Positions 1-11,174 of a DNA stretch of 64,000 nucleotides are shown one piece after another. The DNA lies in contig CAWCBP010000002.1 of assembly GCA_963793865.1 (NCBI GenBank), positions 32,001 to 96,000 of the forward strand, read 5' to 3'. The notes beneath the pieces were generated by a model. That model was given only the letters and a program-made list of their open reading frames with translations, did no database searches and had not been told where the DNA came from. Position numbers and translations under genes: made by a program. Numbering within the stretch: the first letter of the stretch is position 1; every line of letters starts with the position of its first letter. The DNA is from an uncultured delta proteobacterium. Lineage in GTDB: Bacteria; Desulfobacterota; WTBG01.

Positions 1-342
1 AAAACAATTTATGTTTACCAGGTTACGGAGAAGAAGGCCTACGTTGACGAATTCATTTCTTTGGCCGCTCAGGCTTCGGCAGCCTTAGACAGCCTGGTCA
101 GAGAGTGTTTCAAACAGCAAAAACGCACATCCATCGTCAACGAATTAATTGTTAAAATTCACGAATTGGAAGACGAGGGTGATATTCTTCACGAAAAATC
201 CATTCGGAAATTATTTAATGAAGAAAAAGATTCGTCCATGCTGATTAAATGGAAGGATATTTATGAAAATTTAGAGGGAATCATGGATAAGTTCCAAAGG
301 GTGAGCGATGCCTTCGGCAGCATAATCGTAAAGTCAAATTAA
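1..342 (+). CDS. DUF47/PhoU-like phosphate transport regulator, 5'-partial
   Basis: Frame open from base 1; IHELEDEGD...WKDIYENLE motif; directly upstream of a PiT transporter. Confidence 0.85.
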   Translation, partial: KTIYVYQVTEKKAYVDEFISLAAQASAALDSLVRECFKQQKRTSIVNELIVKIHELEDEGDILHEKSIRKLFNEEKDSSMLIKWKDIYENLEGIMDKFQRVSDAFGSIIVKSN

Positions 343-345
343 GGT

Positions 346-1341
346 ATGAGCGTAACATTATTGTTTGTGGTTATTGTCGTTTTAACGGCTCTCGTTTTTG
401 ATTTTACTAACGGCATGCACGATTCGGCCAATTCAATAGCCACGGTCGTTTCCACTCAGGTGTTGAGTCCCCGCCAAGCTGTCCTCTGGGCAGCTTTTTT
501 TAATTTTATTGCCTTCCTGGTTTTCGGCACGGCGGTGGCCGAAACCGTCGGCAAGGGGCTGATAGATGTCAGGCTGGTTACGCCGACTATTATTTTAGCC
601 GGTTTAATCGGGACGATCGCCTGGAATATCATTACCTGGTATCTGGGTTTGCCTACCAGTTCCTCACATGCCTTGATCGGCGGTTATGCCGGAGCGGCGG
701 TTGCCAGCGCCGGTTTCAAGGCAATTATTCCAGGCGGCTGGTATAAAACTTTGTTATTTATTGTGCTGGCGCCGGCTATCGGGTTGTTTTTAGGCTGGGT
801 ATTTAAAATTATCACCACCTGGCTTATTTATAAAAGATCGCTGGTTTCCATAAATATCTGGTCGCGGCGTTTACAACTTGTGTCGGCGGCATTATATAGT
901 CTGGGGCATGGCGGTAACGATGCGCAAAAAACCATGGGCATAATTACCAGCCTTTTATTTTCGGCCGGATATTTAAAAACATTTCACATACCATTCTGGG
1001 TGGTTTTAAGTGCCAATGGCGCCATTGCTTTAGGTACGCTGACCGGAGGTTGGCGGATCGTTAAGACGATGGGCCAAAAAATTACCAAACTGAAACCGAT
1101 TGACGGTTTTTGCGCTGAAACTGCCAGCGCCGCAAGTATTTTCACGGCCACTCATTTAGGCGTGCCCGTGAGTACCACCCACGTGATTACCGGGGCTATT
1201 TCCGGCGTGGGATCGGTCAACCGACTTTCGGCAGTTCGCTGGGGAGTAACTATCAGCATTGTTTGGGCCTGGATTCTGACTATCCCGGCGGCTGCAACTC
1301 TTGCCGCTTTAACTTTTCTCATATTTAAATTGTTTTTGTGA
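346..1341 (+). CDS. pit: Inorganic phosphate transporter, PiT family
   Basis: NGMHDSANSIAT, GLPTSSSHAL, HGGNDAQKTMG and PVSTTH signatures. Confidence 0.95.
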   Translation: MSVTLLFVVIVVLTALVFDFTNGMHDSANSIATVVSTQVLSPRQAVLWAAFFNFIAFLVFGTAVAETVGKGLIDVRLVTPTIILAGLIGTIAWNIITWYLGLPTSSSHALIGGYAGAAVASAGFKAIIPGGWYKTLLFIVLAPAIGLFLGWVFKIITTWLIYKRSLVSINIWSRRLQLVSAALYSLGHGGNDAQKTMGIITSLLFSAGYLKTFHIPFWVVLSANGAIALGTLTGGWRIVKTMGQKITKLKPIDGFCAETASAASIFTATHLGVPVSTTHVITGAISGVGSVNRLSAVRWGVTISIVWAWILTIPAAATLAALTFLIFKLFL

Positions 1342-1503
1342 AATCGATCCCGTACCATAGCCTGCCGGCTGATAAAATCAGAAAAAATACGAGCACTGCC
1401 GTTTCCATACCGAATCCAGCCACAACAGCAAAATTGGCCGTCCTCTGGACGGCCAATACATGTGGTGTGTTCGGGACGATGCGAGCGCCCGATCTGCGGA
1501 TGC

Positions 1504-2805
1504 TTATGTATTTATGAGCTGCCCCGCAAAGTAGGAGTCATAGGCTCCCAGATCAAGCATTCCATGACCGCTCAGGTTAAACAGAATCACCCGCTTTTTT
1601 CCTTCCTCTTTAGCCTTCAGGGCCTCATCAATGGCAGCCTTTATTGCGTGGGCGGCTTCAGGCGCAGGGACAATACCTTCTGCACGGGCAAAGGTTATGG
1701 CTGCGTCAAATATCTCAAGCTGGCCGTACGCTGCTGCTTCAATCAGCTTCATGTCGAAGAGTTGGCTCACCAGCGGTGACATGCCGTGATAGCGAAGCCC
1801 GCCGGCATGAATGCCCGGCGGTATGAAAGACGACCCCAGGGTGTACATCTTCAACAGAGGAGTCTGCTGAGCCGTGTCGCCGAAGTCATAGCGGTACTCC
1901 CCTGAGGTAAGGGAGGCGCATGCCCTCGGCTCAACGGCAAGGGCACGCACCTTTTTCCCGGCAAACTTATCTGCCAGGAAAGGGAAAGCAAGCCCCGCAA
2001 AGTTACTGCCGCCGCCCACACAGCCGATCACCACGTCCGGATATTCGCCGGTCATCTCCATCTGTTTTTTTGTTTCAAGTCCGATAATGGTCTGATGATG
2101 CACGACGTGGTTTACCACACTGCCAATGGCATATTTCACTCCCGCGTGGGTTACTGCATCCTCAATTGCCTCGCCGATGGCTATGCCGAGGCTTCCGGGG
2201 GTATCCGGGTTCTCTGCCAGAAGCTTTCTGCCAAATTGGGTCTGATCGCTGGGGCTTGGATAGATGGAGGCTCCAAATGTCTGCATCAGGGATTTGCGGT
2301 ACGGCTTCTGGTAATAGCTCACCTTGACCATGTACACCGTGCACTCCAGATTAAAAAAGCTGCAGGCCATGGCCAGGGCACAGCCCCACTGGCCGGCTCC
2401 GGTCTCAGTGGCAAGCCGCTTGATGCCTTCCTTTTTATTGTAGTATGCCTGGGCCACTGAAGTGTTTGACTTGTGGCTCGCTACCGGACTGGTTCCTTCA
2501 TGTTTATAGAAAATTTTTGCCGGGGTATTAAGCGCCTGCTCCAGCCGTATTGCCCGGTATAATGGCGTGGGGCGCCACAAAGAAAGCACATCCAACACTT
2601 CCCCGGGGATTGGTATCCACCTGGCACCGCTCATCTCCTGCTCCACGATTGCCTTTGGGAAGATCGGCTCGAGGGCCTCAGGTCCGCATGGCTGCATGGT
2701 GGCAGGATACAGGGGCGGTGCCGGCGGGACGCCCATGTCTGCTATGATGTTATACCACTGCGTGGGAATATCTTTCTGTGCAAGTAGAAACTGTCTCTGT
2801 TCCAT
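1504..2805 (-). CDS. trpB2: TrpB-like PLP enzyme (TrpB2)
   Basis: [14 protein letters not shown] (PLP lysine), [32 protein letters not shown]; stand-alone gene. Confidence 0.93.
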   Translation of the reverse strand: MEQRQFLLAQKDIPTQWYNIIADMGVPPAPPLYPATMQPCGPEALEPIFPKAIVEQEMSGARWIPIPGEVLDVLSLWRPTPLYRAIRLEQALNTPAKIFYKHEGTSPVASHKSNTSVAQAYYNKKEGIKRLATETGAGQWGCALAMACSFFNLECTVYMVKVSYYQKPYRKSLMQTFGASIYPSPSDQTQFGRKLLAENPDTPGSLGIAIGEAIEDAVTHAGVKYAIGSVVNHVVHHQTIIGLETKKQMEMTGEYPDVVIGCVGGGSNFAGLAFPFLADKFAGKKVRALAVEPRACASLTSGEYRYDFGDTAQQTPLLKMYTLGSSFIPPGIHAGGLRYHGMSPLVSQLFDMKLIEAAAYGQLEIFDAAITFARAEGIVPAPEAAHAIKAAIDEALKAKEEGKKRVILFNLSGHGMLDLGAYDSYFAGQLINT

Positions 2806-2909
2806 GTATGTCTTCCTGCTTCATGTGTGCCGTCCGGCTATTGGCCGCTCCGGCAATAAAGTGAGCCTTATGACAGACAATACCATCATTTCATAAAATA
2901 ACCGGCTAA

Positions 2910-3716
2910 TCAGCCGATTGATGCATCATGTTTCCTTTTTATCCTCTCCGCCCGAATGATATACAGGAGAATGGCAATGAAGGCTACAGTCACGATACTT
3001 AAGAACAACGGGTTCAAGCTTATCCAGGGTTCGGCGGTAATCTTCCATTTAACCAGCAGTTCCACACAACTCCACAATACGATTACGGTGGGCATGGCAT
3101 AACGAAAAGCGTAACCCATCTCTTTCGCTTTGGTCAATCGATAAAAGAGATAACTGCCACCCAACAGACAGATGACAAAAACTGTTTTGCAATACAGACT
3201 CTGCGGACCCAAAAAGTCTTCATCATAACCGAAATACAGGATCATATGACCAATCCAGATCATGAGGAACATCTTTATGGCAACCCGTGGTCCCCAGTGG
3301 TCAATTGGTATCTCAGGCAGCTTCCCTCGCGCAATACGCAAACCTTTTCTCAATGAAATAAAAAGGTTGCACCTCAAATTCTCGTTAAAAATAAAATAGA
3401 TGAAAAGAGGAATGAGTATGACCAGTGTAAATTCCATCGCCTTCCGCTCGGTAATAGCAAGGGCTTCAGCTCCTTCATGGACACCAATCTCCACCAGGCT
3501 TGCCCACAGCAGAACACCGGCAAGCATACCTATAAAGGTTTCCCATGCAGGTGCCTTTATCCATTTGGTTAGACAGATGATAACCACCGTGGCAATCAAG
3601 CCGGCCCCTGCAATCAGCATATGCAGTTCTTGGGGAAGTTTTAGGGCAAGAACAGTTACCGCATGTCCCAATGGCATGACAAAAAGCACGGTTATAAAAG
3701 CTATTACTCCTTTCAT
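2910..3716 (-). CDS. Multi-pass membrane protein of unknown function
   Basis: 268 aa, several hydrophobic segments, AGGAG RBS; downstream of a MarR gene. Confidence 0.7.
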   Translation of the reverse strand: MKGVIAFITVLFVMPLGHAVTVLALKLPQELHMLIAGAGLIATVVIICLTKWIKAPAWETFIGMLAGVLLWASLVEIGVHEGAEALAITERKAMEFTLVILIPLFIYFIFNENLRCNLFISLRKGLRIARGKLPEIPIDHWGPRVAIKMFLMIWIGHMILYFGYDEDFLGPQSLYCKTVFVICLLGGSYLFYRLTKAKEMGYAFRYAMPTVIVLWSCVELLVKWKITAEPWISLNPLFLSIVTVAFIAILLYIIRAERIKRKHDASIG

Positions 3717-3824
3717 AGTAAAGCTCCTTCTAGCGCCTTAGTTGTCCAATGGTAATGGAAAAGTAATACCATTATTGGAGATTGGGTTTTGACTCAATCA
3801 CTGCCTCAATGCTCATGTTCCTGA

Positions 3825-4277
3825 TCACGTATTGCGCTTTTTGAAAGTCTTTTCTAAAATTCTACAGGCACCGCGCAAGCAGTTGAGCAGATCCTCCTTA
3901 TCGCTATGATTTAAACTGGAGAAAATGGACTGTGCTGTTTTTCGTCTTTGGGTCAGGAATTTAGCTTTTATTTTTTTACCTCGATCGGTGAGGCAAACCA
4001 TTACTTTTCTTCTGTCTGATTCATCCCGGTCTCTTTCAGCAATTCCATCTTTGATAAGACCGTTAATCATCATGGTCATGGTGGGTAAGTTTACCCCCAT
4101 ATTATGAGCGAGCTCCTTCATGGAAAAGCAATTCTTATCCTTGAAAGCGGTAATAGCTCTCACCTGGGAGAGTCGCAGATCAGACTTTATGCTTTTCCCA
4201 TCATCGACAACATGTTGCATAAAGAGACGACTGAAATTTCGCAGGGCGGTAAAGTATAGATCCAGTTTATCTTCCAT
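3825..4277 (-). CDS. MarR-family transcriptional regulator
   Basis: SMKELAHNMGVNLPTMTMMINGL...DRRKVMVCLTDRG winged helix. Confidence 0.9.
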   Translation of the reverse strand: MEDKLDLYFTALRNFSRLFMQHVVDDGKSIKSDLRLSQVRAITAFKDKNCFSMKELAHNMGVNLPTMTMMINGLIKDGIAERDRDESDRRKVMVCLTDRGKKIKAKFLTQRRKTAQSIFSSLNHSDKEDLLNCLRGACRILEKTFKKRNT

Positions 4278-4306
4278 GCTTACATAATATTATTCAATTA
4301 TTAATG

Positions 4307-4351
4307 GTTCAATATTGAACTAATTATATCCACATTAAAATTATTTGTCAA
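4307..4351 (-). promoter_or_regulatory. Consensus sigma70 promoter with adjacent palindromic operator (probable MarR autoregulation)
   Basis: Minus-strand TTGACA (4346-4351)-17 bp-TATAAT (4323-4328); perfect palindrome GTTCAATATTGAAC at 4307-4320. Confidence 0.8.
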
Positions 4352-4492
4352 AGAGTTTTATGTTAAGCGATGATCAGGCGTCATACATTGATTATGGAGC
4401 CTTGCATATCTCCAGCTGGTGAATAACCGGGGTGAGAAGTTGATGGAATCCGGTAAATTCTCCGATCAGCAGTACCTGCCATGATCAGCAAA

Positions 4493-5233
4493 TCACTCGA
4501 TCAGCTTTTCAATCATTGGCAAAACAGTATTAATCATTGCCTCAAATTCTTTTTTGAACGACTCATCATTATCCAATGCTTTCACTATCGAGGGACTCCA
4601 CTGATAATAGAGTTTTATTAGTTCACGACCTTCCGAAGTGGTGCTTAAGATGATATCCCGGTAGTTTCTGAGAAGCTTGGCTTCGAACGAATGATTACCG
4701 TAGACAGTTACTACAGGACAATTAGCATTACCTTCACACACATCTCCTATTCCATCCCCATCTGCATCGTTCTGATCGGGATTTCGTTGACCGGGGCAAT
4801 TATCCAGGTCATCATTGATGTCGTCATGATCGGAATCAACACATCCCACGGTCACCCACTCCCAGGCTGGCATCCCGCCTAGCATATCATTGACGTGAAG
4901 AAAACCCTGGGAATCAAGAAAGTTTGCCGCTGAATTACTGCGGGCGCCGGTATGGCAGACAATAAGAATTTCTGAATCAGAAGGCAGTTCTGTGTAGCGT
5001 GCCTCCAGCACACCGGACAACCACGGATAATTGACTGCCCCGGGAATATGACCTGTTGAACTGCAATATTCACTCGTCTCCCTGACATCGATTACTACCA
5101 GCTCGCCATTGGTATCGATCATCTGCTTTGCCTGCTCAACTGTTACATCGATATGCCCCCAGGCAAGAGCAGTAAGCCTCCCAAAAACCAAGAAAAATAT
5201 GAAAAACATGTGTGCTACGCTGTTCTTGTTCAT
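4493..5233 (-). CDS. Secreted rhodanese + thrombospondin type-3-like repeat + CFI-box-CTERM-like domain protein
   Basis: Signal peptide; IDVRE..EY..GHIPGA and CHTGARS; DNCP...NPDQNDADGDGIGDVC; C-terminal LRNYRD..L...EGRELIKLYY..SP. Confidence 0.8.
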   Translation of the reverse strand: MNKNSVAHMFFIFFLVFGRLTALAWGHIDVTVEQAKQMIDTNGELVVIDVRETSEYCSSTGHIPGAVNYPWLSGVLEARYTELPSDSEILIVCHTGARSNSAANFLDSQGFLHVNDMLGGMPAWEWVTVGCVDSDHDDINDDLDNCPGQRNPDQNDADGDGIGDVCEGNANCPVVTVYGNHSFEAKLLRNYRDIILSTTSEGRELIKLYYQWSPSIVKALDNDESFKKEFEAMINTVLPMIEKLIE

Positions 5234-5365
5234 TTTGTCTCCCTCTTAAAGCCAATGCTCCTCTTATTTCAATGATAATTACCGTTCTTCCGCAACCCCT
5301 TGGATCTGAACTGTGCATATTCTTGTCAATAAGCCAAAATGAAAATGTTTCGGGGCTGGCTGTAT

Positions 5366-6137
5366 TTATTTTTCTATCCTGCTCATTACAGTAAGTTCGA
5401 GTATTGGTTTCTTCTGATTATTCGTCTCCAGTATTATTTTCCCTCTAAAAACATCCTTGAGACCTGAGCGGGTTTTAATTTCCAAACCAAATTCCTTCCC
5501 CTCCTTTATTGTCTTCAGCTTATATTCTATTTTGCTATCAATGTCGGAAGATAGTTTCGTGATAGCAATCGCCTGATCTTCATGAGAAGTTATGGTTACG
5601 TTCTGAGTAATGTTGTCGTTATAGTAACCTTGGAGAAGTACCCGGTCACTGGGTTCAAAATCAAAATATTGTTTGATAGAAACAATGGTGGAAACTTTGA
5701 TTATGGGGTTTTGGGGATCATTTGAAAAGATAGTCGCAATCTGCTTCAATCTGCCCTTTTTTATTCTTTGTGTCGACCTTTAAAGTTATTCTACCCTCCT
5801 GACCAGGAGGAATGGCCTTATCAAAATCGGCTACTGTACAGCCTCACCCGGGCTTGACATCAGTAATGTCAAGCTGGGCCGTTCCTGTATTTTTAACAAT
5901 AAAGCCATGTGCGATAACATCTCCTTCGTAAACCTCTCCTGCATCGTATTGAGCAGATTCAAAACGTATTTGAGGGTACTTTTGTGCAGAAGCTTTTTCC
6001 TGATTGCCTTTAATGGTTTGTTCGTCTGAAATGGTCTCTTTCGACGTTTCCTTGGCTAACGAATAATGTAATGAAGATGATGCAGATAGAAAGCAGAACA
6101 AAACAATACATCGGAAGTAAATTTTGACGGACAGCAT
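5366..6137 (-). CDS. DUF1573 Ig-like domain protein, probable selenoprotein (UGA at 5844-5846); one extra base in the A-run near 5757-5762
   Basis: HGFIVKNTGTAQLDITDVKPG-UGA-GCTVADFDKAIPPGQEGRITLKVDT continues in frame; after a +1 shift it joins the 5366-5749 ORF (KQIATIFSNDPQNP). Confidence 0.75.
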
Positions 6138-6581
6138 TTGAAGACCTCCTGATATGGAAAGAAAACTATTTTAAACCACCAGCCCCCAAAACAACAAGAA
6201 CCCACGAAATGCACATCAGCATATTACCTTTTCTTCCCGGAGCTATTTTCCATCGCACACCTGCTTCGAATTAATGAATCAACTATCATAAAACAATGGA
6301 ATACACCACTATTATTGATATAAAATTTATCAAGATAATATTTAATAATTAATATTAATCACGATATAAAATATAAGCAATAGACGAATATAAAACTTGA
6401 CAATACCAATAAAATATCTTTATAAATAAGGCGTGTAAATGCAAATCATAAGGTTGGAACCTAATAGGCTTATCAATCTGAAGGTGCTGTGATGCTTAAG
6501 TGCACTTACATTTTCTGTTATTTTTTGCTATAATACAAGAAAGTGCATTAAATTTATAACCTTTTTTTAAAGCGAAATGTT

Positions 6582-7490
6582 ATGAGTATCCTCTCAGCAA
6601 TTGGCAACACCCCTCTGGTCGACATAACCAATCTCAACGGGCATTCCGGAGTGCGTATTCTGGCAAAACTGGAGGGAAATAATCCCGGCGGCTCGGTTAA
6701 AGATCGCCCCGCCTATTATATGATCAAGAAGGCGGAGGAATCAGGTGCGCTCACCAGGGATAAAACCATACTCGAGCCGACCTCGGGAAATACGGGTATC
6801 GCCATTGCCATGATCGGAGCCGCAAAAGGGTACCGGGTAAAGCTGGTCATGCCCTCCTGTGCGAGCCACGAAAGACAATATACGCTTAAGGCTTTGGGTG
6901 CTGAAGTTGTGCTTACCCCGGGGAAGGAAGGAACTGATGGCGCCATTCGCAAGGCGCACCAGCTGCTTGAAGAATCTCCTGAACTCTATTACATGCCGAA
7001 TCAGTTTGAGAATGAATATAATACGATTTCCCACTATGAAACCACCGGGCCGGAGATTTTTACTCAAACAAAAGGTGAAATCGATGTGCTGGTAGCCGGG
7101 CTGGGGACAACCGGTACCATCATGGGAACCGGACGGTATTTAAAAGAACAGAAGCCCTCGGTTAAAATTGTTGCCGTCGAGCCAACGGTAGGGCATACCA
7201 TCCAGGGGTTAAAGAACATGCAGGAGGCCATTGTCCCCCGGATTTATCATCCCGAAGCATTGGATGAAAAATTCATCATTGAGGACGAGGAGGCATTTGA
7301 AACCGCCCGGAAGCTTTCCACCCTTGAGGGGCTTTTCTCCGGCATGTCCAGCGGGGCGGCCATGGCTGGTGCTTTGAGGGTTGCACGGGATATGAAGTCA
7401 GGCACTATTGTAGTGATTCTTCCCGATCGAGGTGACCGCTATTTAAGCACTACCCTTTTCCTGCCCATTTGTGGTCAATGCCCACCCTAG
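6582..7490 (+). CDS. cysM: Cysteine synthase (CysK/CysM family)
   Basis: IGNTPLV, NPGGSVKDR, EPTSGNTG, GLGTTGT, SSGA, PDRGDRYLST. Confidence 0.9.
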   Translation: MSILSAIGNTPLVDITNLNGHSGVRILAKLEGNNPGGSVKDRPAYYMIKKAEESGALTRDKTILEPTSGNTGIAIAMIGAAKGYRVKLVMPSCASHERQYTLKALGAEVVLTPGKEGTDGAIRKAHQLLEESPELYYMPNQFENEYNTISHYETTGPEIFTQTKGEIDVLVAGLGTTGTIMGTGRYLKEQKPSVKIVAVEPTVGHTIQGLKNMQEAIVPRIYHPEALDEKFIIEDEEAFETARKLSTLEGLFSGMSSGAAMAGALRVARDMKSGTIVVILPDRGDRYLSTTLFLPICGQCPP

Positions 7491-7534
7491 TCTTGCAACT
7501 ATGTTGTCTGCATACATTGAAGGAGGTACAGAAT

Positions 7535-8712
7535 ATGGAGAAAAGAATATTTTTAAAGATGTCACCAGTGCTTTTACTCCTGCTGGCATTGGCCCTACCA
7601 CAATCGCAAGGGCTGACTGGTCTGCCATGGAAAGCGGCACCACCTATGAACTGCGAGGTGTCTGGGGCAGTTCAGCTGCTGATGTTTTTGTAGTAGGCAT
7701 TGGCGGCGTTATTCTTCACTACGACGGCAATGCAGAAGGCAGCTGGTCTCCCATGCAAAACAGCTCTCCCTGACTATCAGCTATTTGGGGCAGTTCAGCC
7801 TCAGATGTTTTTGCTGTGTGCGTGAGCGGAAGAATCCGTCACTATGATGGTTCCACCTGGTCTTCAATGGAAAGCGGGACGAGTCAGGATCTCAAGGGAG
7901 TATGGGGCAGCTCTGCAAACGATGTATTTGCCGTGGGCACGAGCGGCACGGTTCTCCATTACGATGGCTCCGGCTGGTCACCCATGCAAAGCGGGACGGT
8001 TAAAAATCTGTATGGGGTGTGGGGGAGTTCTGCACGTGATGTTTTCGCAGTAGGCTCCGGGGGTACTATTATTCGATACGACGGTTCGCAGTGGTCACCC
8101 ATGCAAAGCGGGACGGACAAGCAGCTTAATGCCGTCTGGGGCAGCACTGCAAACGCTGTCTTTGCCGTAGGTGTTTCCGGCACCATACTTACCTTTGATG
8201 GTTCCAGCTGGTCTCAGATGAGCAGTGGCATAACTAATGAGTTGGCCCAGCTTAAAGGGGTGTGGGGTACCTCTGATAGTAATGTCTTCGCTGTCGGCAC
8301 GTCGGGAACCATTCTTCGGTTTAATGGCACTATCTGGACCGCCATGGCAAGCGGTACTACCAACTTTCTCAACAGTGTCTGGGGCAGTTCAGCTGATAAC
8401 GTTTTCACCGTCGGCGATATGGGCACCATCCTTTTCTATGATGGCACCGCAGCAGTCACGACCACCACAACTTCAATCAGCCCTCCGGACCGCTGCCCGG
8501 TTGAGGAAATCTATGGCCGGGACTCGCGGCAGGCTGAGGTGCTCAGGATATTTAGAGATACAACTATGAGCAGAACTCCCGAAGGCCGACTGCTCATAGC
8601 ACTCTATTATGGATGGGGTCCTTTCATCGTCAAGACATTGCAGGAAGATGCGGAGTTCAAACAATGTTTAAGGGAAATGATAGACGGGTTATTACCCATG
8701 GCTGTGCAATGA
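7535..8712 (+). pseudogene. Secreted beta-propeller-like repeat protein (WGSS..DVFAVG repeats) with CFI-box-CTERM-like tail; frameshift near 7600 and in-frame TGA at 7771-7773
   Basis: RBS+ATG at 7535 with signal peptide in one frame; about 7 repeats of ~39 aa in the 7471/7816 frame; Thr-rich linker, then CPVEEIYG..LRIFRD..EGRLLIALYY. Confidence 0.7.
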
Positions 8713-8828
8713 GCGGAGGACCAATGAGATAAATCAAATACCATGAACGTCGCGGTTTCATTGGCCTGCCCCAAAACCTGACGCAAGATTGTATCTAAAC
8801 AAGGCAGGGGTTCAGGTTGAACAAATAA

Positions 8829-10175
8829 TCATTGGATCTTCCTCTGACGGCCTGCTGATTTATCAGGTTCATTGCTTTTTTTAAATTCTTTTAATTTCAA
8901 AAATCTGATATTTGAAGTTTCGCTTTCTCGCTGGGGGATAAAGTAATTTGTAAAATCAAACATTTCCTCTTTCACAATTCCCACACCTTGTGCAAGCCAG
9001 AGATAACCGAGCGCAATCTTTTCATTTCTCATATTAAAATTTCGCGCAATTGCATACAGTGCTATCTTGAGACAGTTTCTATATGTTCCTGCCGGGACAA
9101 CTATATCTTCGGTACAGAGAACAATACTTGAATACTGCATTTCGGGGTTAAAGTCTTCATATATTGATTTGCTTGGCCAGGATGCTATTCGTGGATACGA
9201 GATGGATGAATAATAGGAACCGCGCTTTAACGTGATGGGAAAAACGGTGACTGGAGGATTGGGAGGCTGAAACAGGGAGCAGCCGTTCACTGAAAACCAG
9301 TACACTTGATTTAACACCAGCCCCTCGGGAGTAAACGCGTAGTAAAAAATATCTTCGTTGTTTTCCACAAATGGTGTGGTATCGAGGTTATAAAGTTTCT
9401 CTTGTTTTCCTGTTTCGATAACAAAAGGCTTTCCCGCTTCGTTATTAAATTCCCACCTGAGGCCGGGTGTCAGCGGGAAGTAATCCCTTATGGAAAAAAC
9501 CGGAACATCAGTTCTTTCGGAATTGACATACGAGAGCAGTGTATGCGTTGTCTGTTTTTCTCCTCGGGTTATGATTCTCTTTATCGGACCTACTGTGGGT
9601 GCCAACCAGAGTGTCTCGCCGATCTTTTCTTTATCATCATGTATTGTTTTTTCGATTATAGCGCCGCTGCTTATTTCTCTGTCTCCCACCGTCACATCTT
9701 CAATGCTTTTTAAGGTGAGGGAGACATGCCGTGTAATTTTCCCTTGTGCTTTAAAGTGCTCACCTTTGGGCCGGGTATACAGTGTGAGTTGAGCAGTGTA
9801 ATTAATGGGGGTATCTAATTGCATTTCCCGCGGCACAAAGAGCATTGGTTCATCAGGTATAAGATATTTATCCGGCCAGTACTCACCGTATATATATAAT
9901 CCGCCCCATCCATCTCTCACACTCACGAAACTGCCATTATCCTGTGACAAGACAATGACTTTTCCCACATTTCGCAGGGTAAAGGTCCCGTTAATGGCCC
10001 ACGAATAATGGGTGTTATCTTCTTTCTTGAAATTCCAGAAGCAACCTTGTTCAGTAGGAAAATATCCGGTGAGTATTATGGCATAAGAATTTTCTGCTGA
10101 CAGAAAAAACAAGGAAACAACCAATAGTACAAATGCACTGTATCTACCTGATCTGTTTGAGCTCATCTGAATCAC
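8829..10175 (-). CDS. Secreted hypothetical protein with two related domains
   Basis: Signal peptide; two domains starting YFP.. and ending WLA..VG..K; EDIVVPAGTYRNC motif. Confidence 0.7.
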   Translation of the reverse strand: MIQMSSNRSGRYSAFVLLVVSLFFLSAENSYAIILTGYFPTEQGCFWNFKKEDNTHYSWAINGTFTLRNVGKVIVLSQDNGSFVSVRDGWGGLYIYGEYWPDKYLIPDEPMLFVPREMQLDTPINYTAQLTLYTRPKGEHFKAQGKITRHVSLTLKSIEDVTVGDREISSGAIIEKTIHDDKEKIGETLWLAPTVGPIKRIITRGEKQTTHTLLSYVNSERTDVPVFSIRDYFPLTPGLRWEFNNEAGKPFVIETGKQEKLYNLDTTPFVENNEDIFYYAFTPEGLVLNQVYWFSVNGCSLFQPPNPPVTVFPITLKRGSYYSSISYPRIASWPSKSIYEDFNPEMQYSSIVLCTEDIVVPAGTYRNCLKIALYAIARNFNMRNEKIALGYLWLAQGVGIVKEEMFDFTNYFIPQRESETSNIRFLKLKEFKKSNEPDKSAGRQRKIQ

Positions 10176-10184
10176 TCCTCCACT

Positions 10185-10658
10185 TTATTGTTTTCTTCCT
10201 TTTTCCAATATTTCTGCGGCATTTTTTAACAGTGCAGTAAGTTCCTGTTTCCCTTCCGGTCTTACCTTTTCTAAAATGCGTTCCAGTGATTCAACCTGGT
10301 TGTTTTTGAAGGCCACGAGCAATTTTTTTCCCATGGCTGTTAAGCGGATATCTGAAAAGCGTTTGTTGTTCTCATTGGGTTTTCTTTTTACATAGCCTGC
10401 AACCTCAAGTCGTTGAATGAGATTATTCACACTCTGCACTGACATGCCAAGGATCGGACTTATTTTTGAGATATGGATAACAGCGCTTTCACTAAAAAAA
10501 GAGAGGACCCTCATCTGGGTAACGGTGAGAGAAGGTACCTTTTCCCTGAGACCCTTGCCGAACTCCAGGCACCTGAGAATTTTTTGCAAGCTTATGAAAA
10601 TATCCTGGATTGCCTTTTTTTGAGATGGTTTTTGAGTACCCATAACCGAACCCCGCAA
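10185..10658 (-). CDS. MarR-family transcriptional regulator
   Basis: LTVTQMRVL...SVNNLIQRLEVAGYVKR...NKRFSDIRLT. Confidence 0.88.
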   Translation of the reverse strand: MRGSVMGTQKPSQKKAIQDIFISLQKILRCLEFGKGLREKVPSLTVTQMRVLSFFSESAVIHISKISPILGMSVQSVNNLIQRLEVAGYVKRKPNENNKRFSDIRLTAMGKKLLVAFKNNQVESLERILEKVRPEGKQELTALLKNAAEILEKGRKQ

Positions 10659-10730
10659 GCAAAAACTATACTTTTATATAGTATACGAATGTATAACATA
10701 TGGGAAAAAATGTCAACACTATATAAAACT

Positions 10731-11174
10731 TCATCTCATATCAGCATGCTTTTCCCCGGTCATCTCCACAAACTTATCGTTTTCCCACTTTACATGGGTA
10801 ACCGTACCATCGGCTGAGGTCTTCTTACCCGTACCGTACAATGCATCGTTTTTCCATTCACCTTCATAGATGTCACCGTTGGCCATGGTCAGAATGCCCT
10901 GCCCTTCCTTCTTGCCATGCACAAATTGGCCTTTATAGGTCGCGCCATTCCATTCCCCTTCACCAAAGGTGTAAATCCCGTTGCCATGGTAGTCGCCTTC
11001 CAGCCACTCCCCGTCATAACAATCACCTTTCCATTTTCCTTCACCCCAGGTAAATATTCCATGGCCGTTCTTTGATCCGTTTGCCCATTCACCCTCATAT
11101 TTACCGCCGCGGGCATAGGTACACGTGCCCCTTCCATGTTTTTGGCCATTTTTCCAGGAACCCACATAGGTGTG
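10731..11174 (-). pseudogene. MORN-repeat protein, 5'-truncated at the long-repeat boundary
   Basis: Several YxGxWxxGxxHGxG repeats; upstream sequence is the non-coding repeat, with no native start. Confidence 0.75.

Noticed and set aside
5754..5765. Programmed -1 frameshift at AAAAAAG in the DUF1573 gene
   Set aside because: Heptamer is in the wrong phase and a +1 shift is required; a homopolymer indel is simpler
7771..7773. Selenocysteine at the in-frame TGA of the propeller protein
   Set aside because: The equivalent position in sibling repeats is never Cys; more likely nonsense mutation or error
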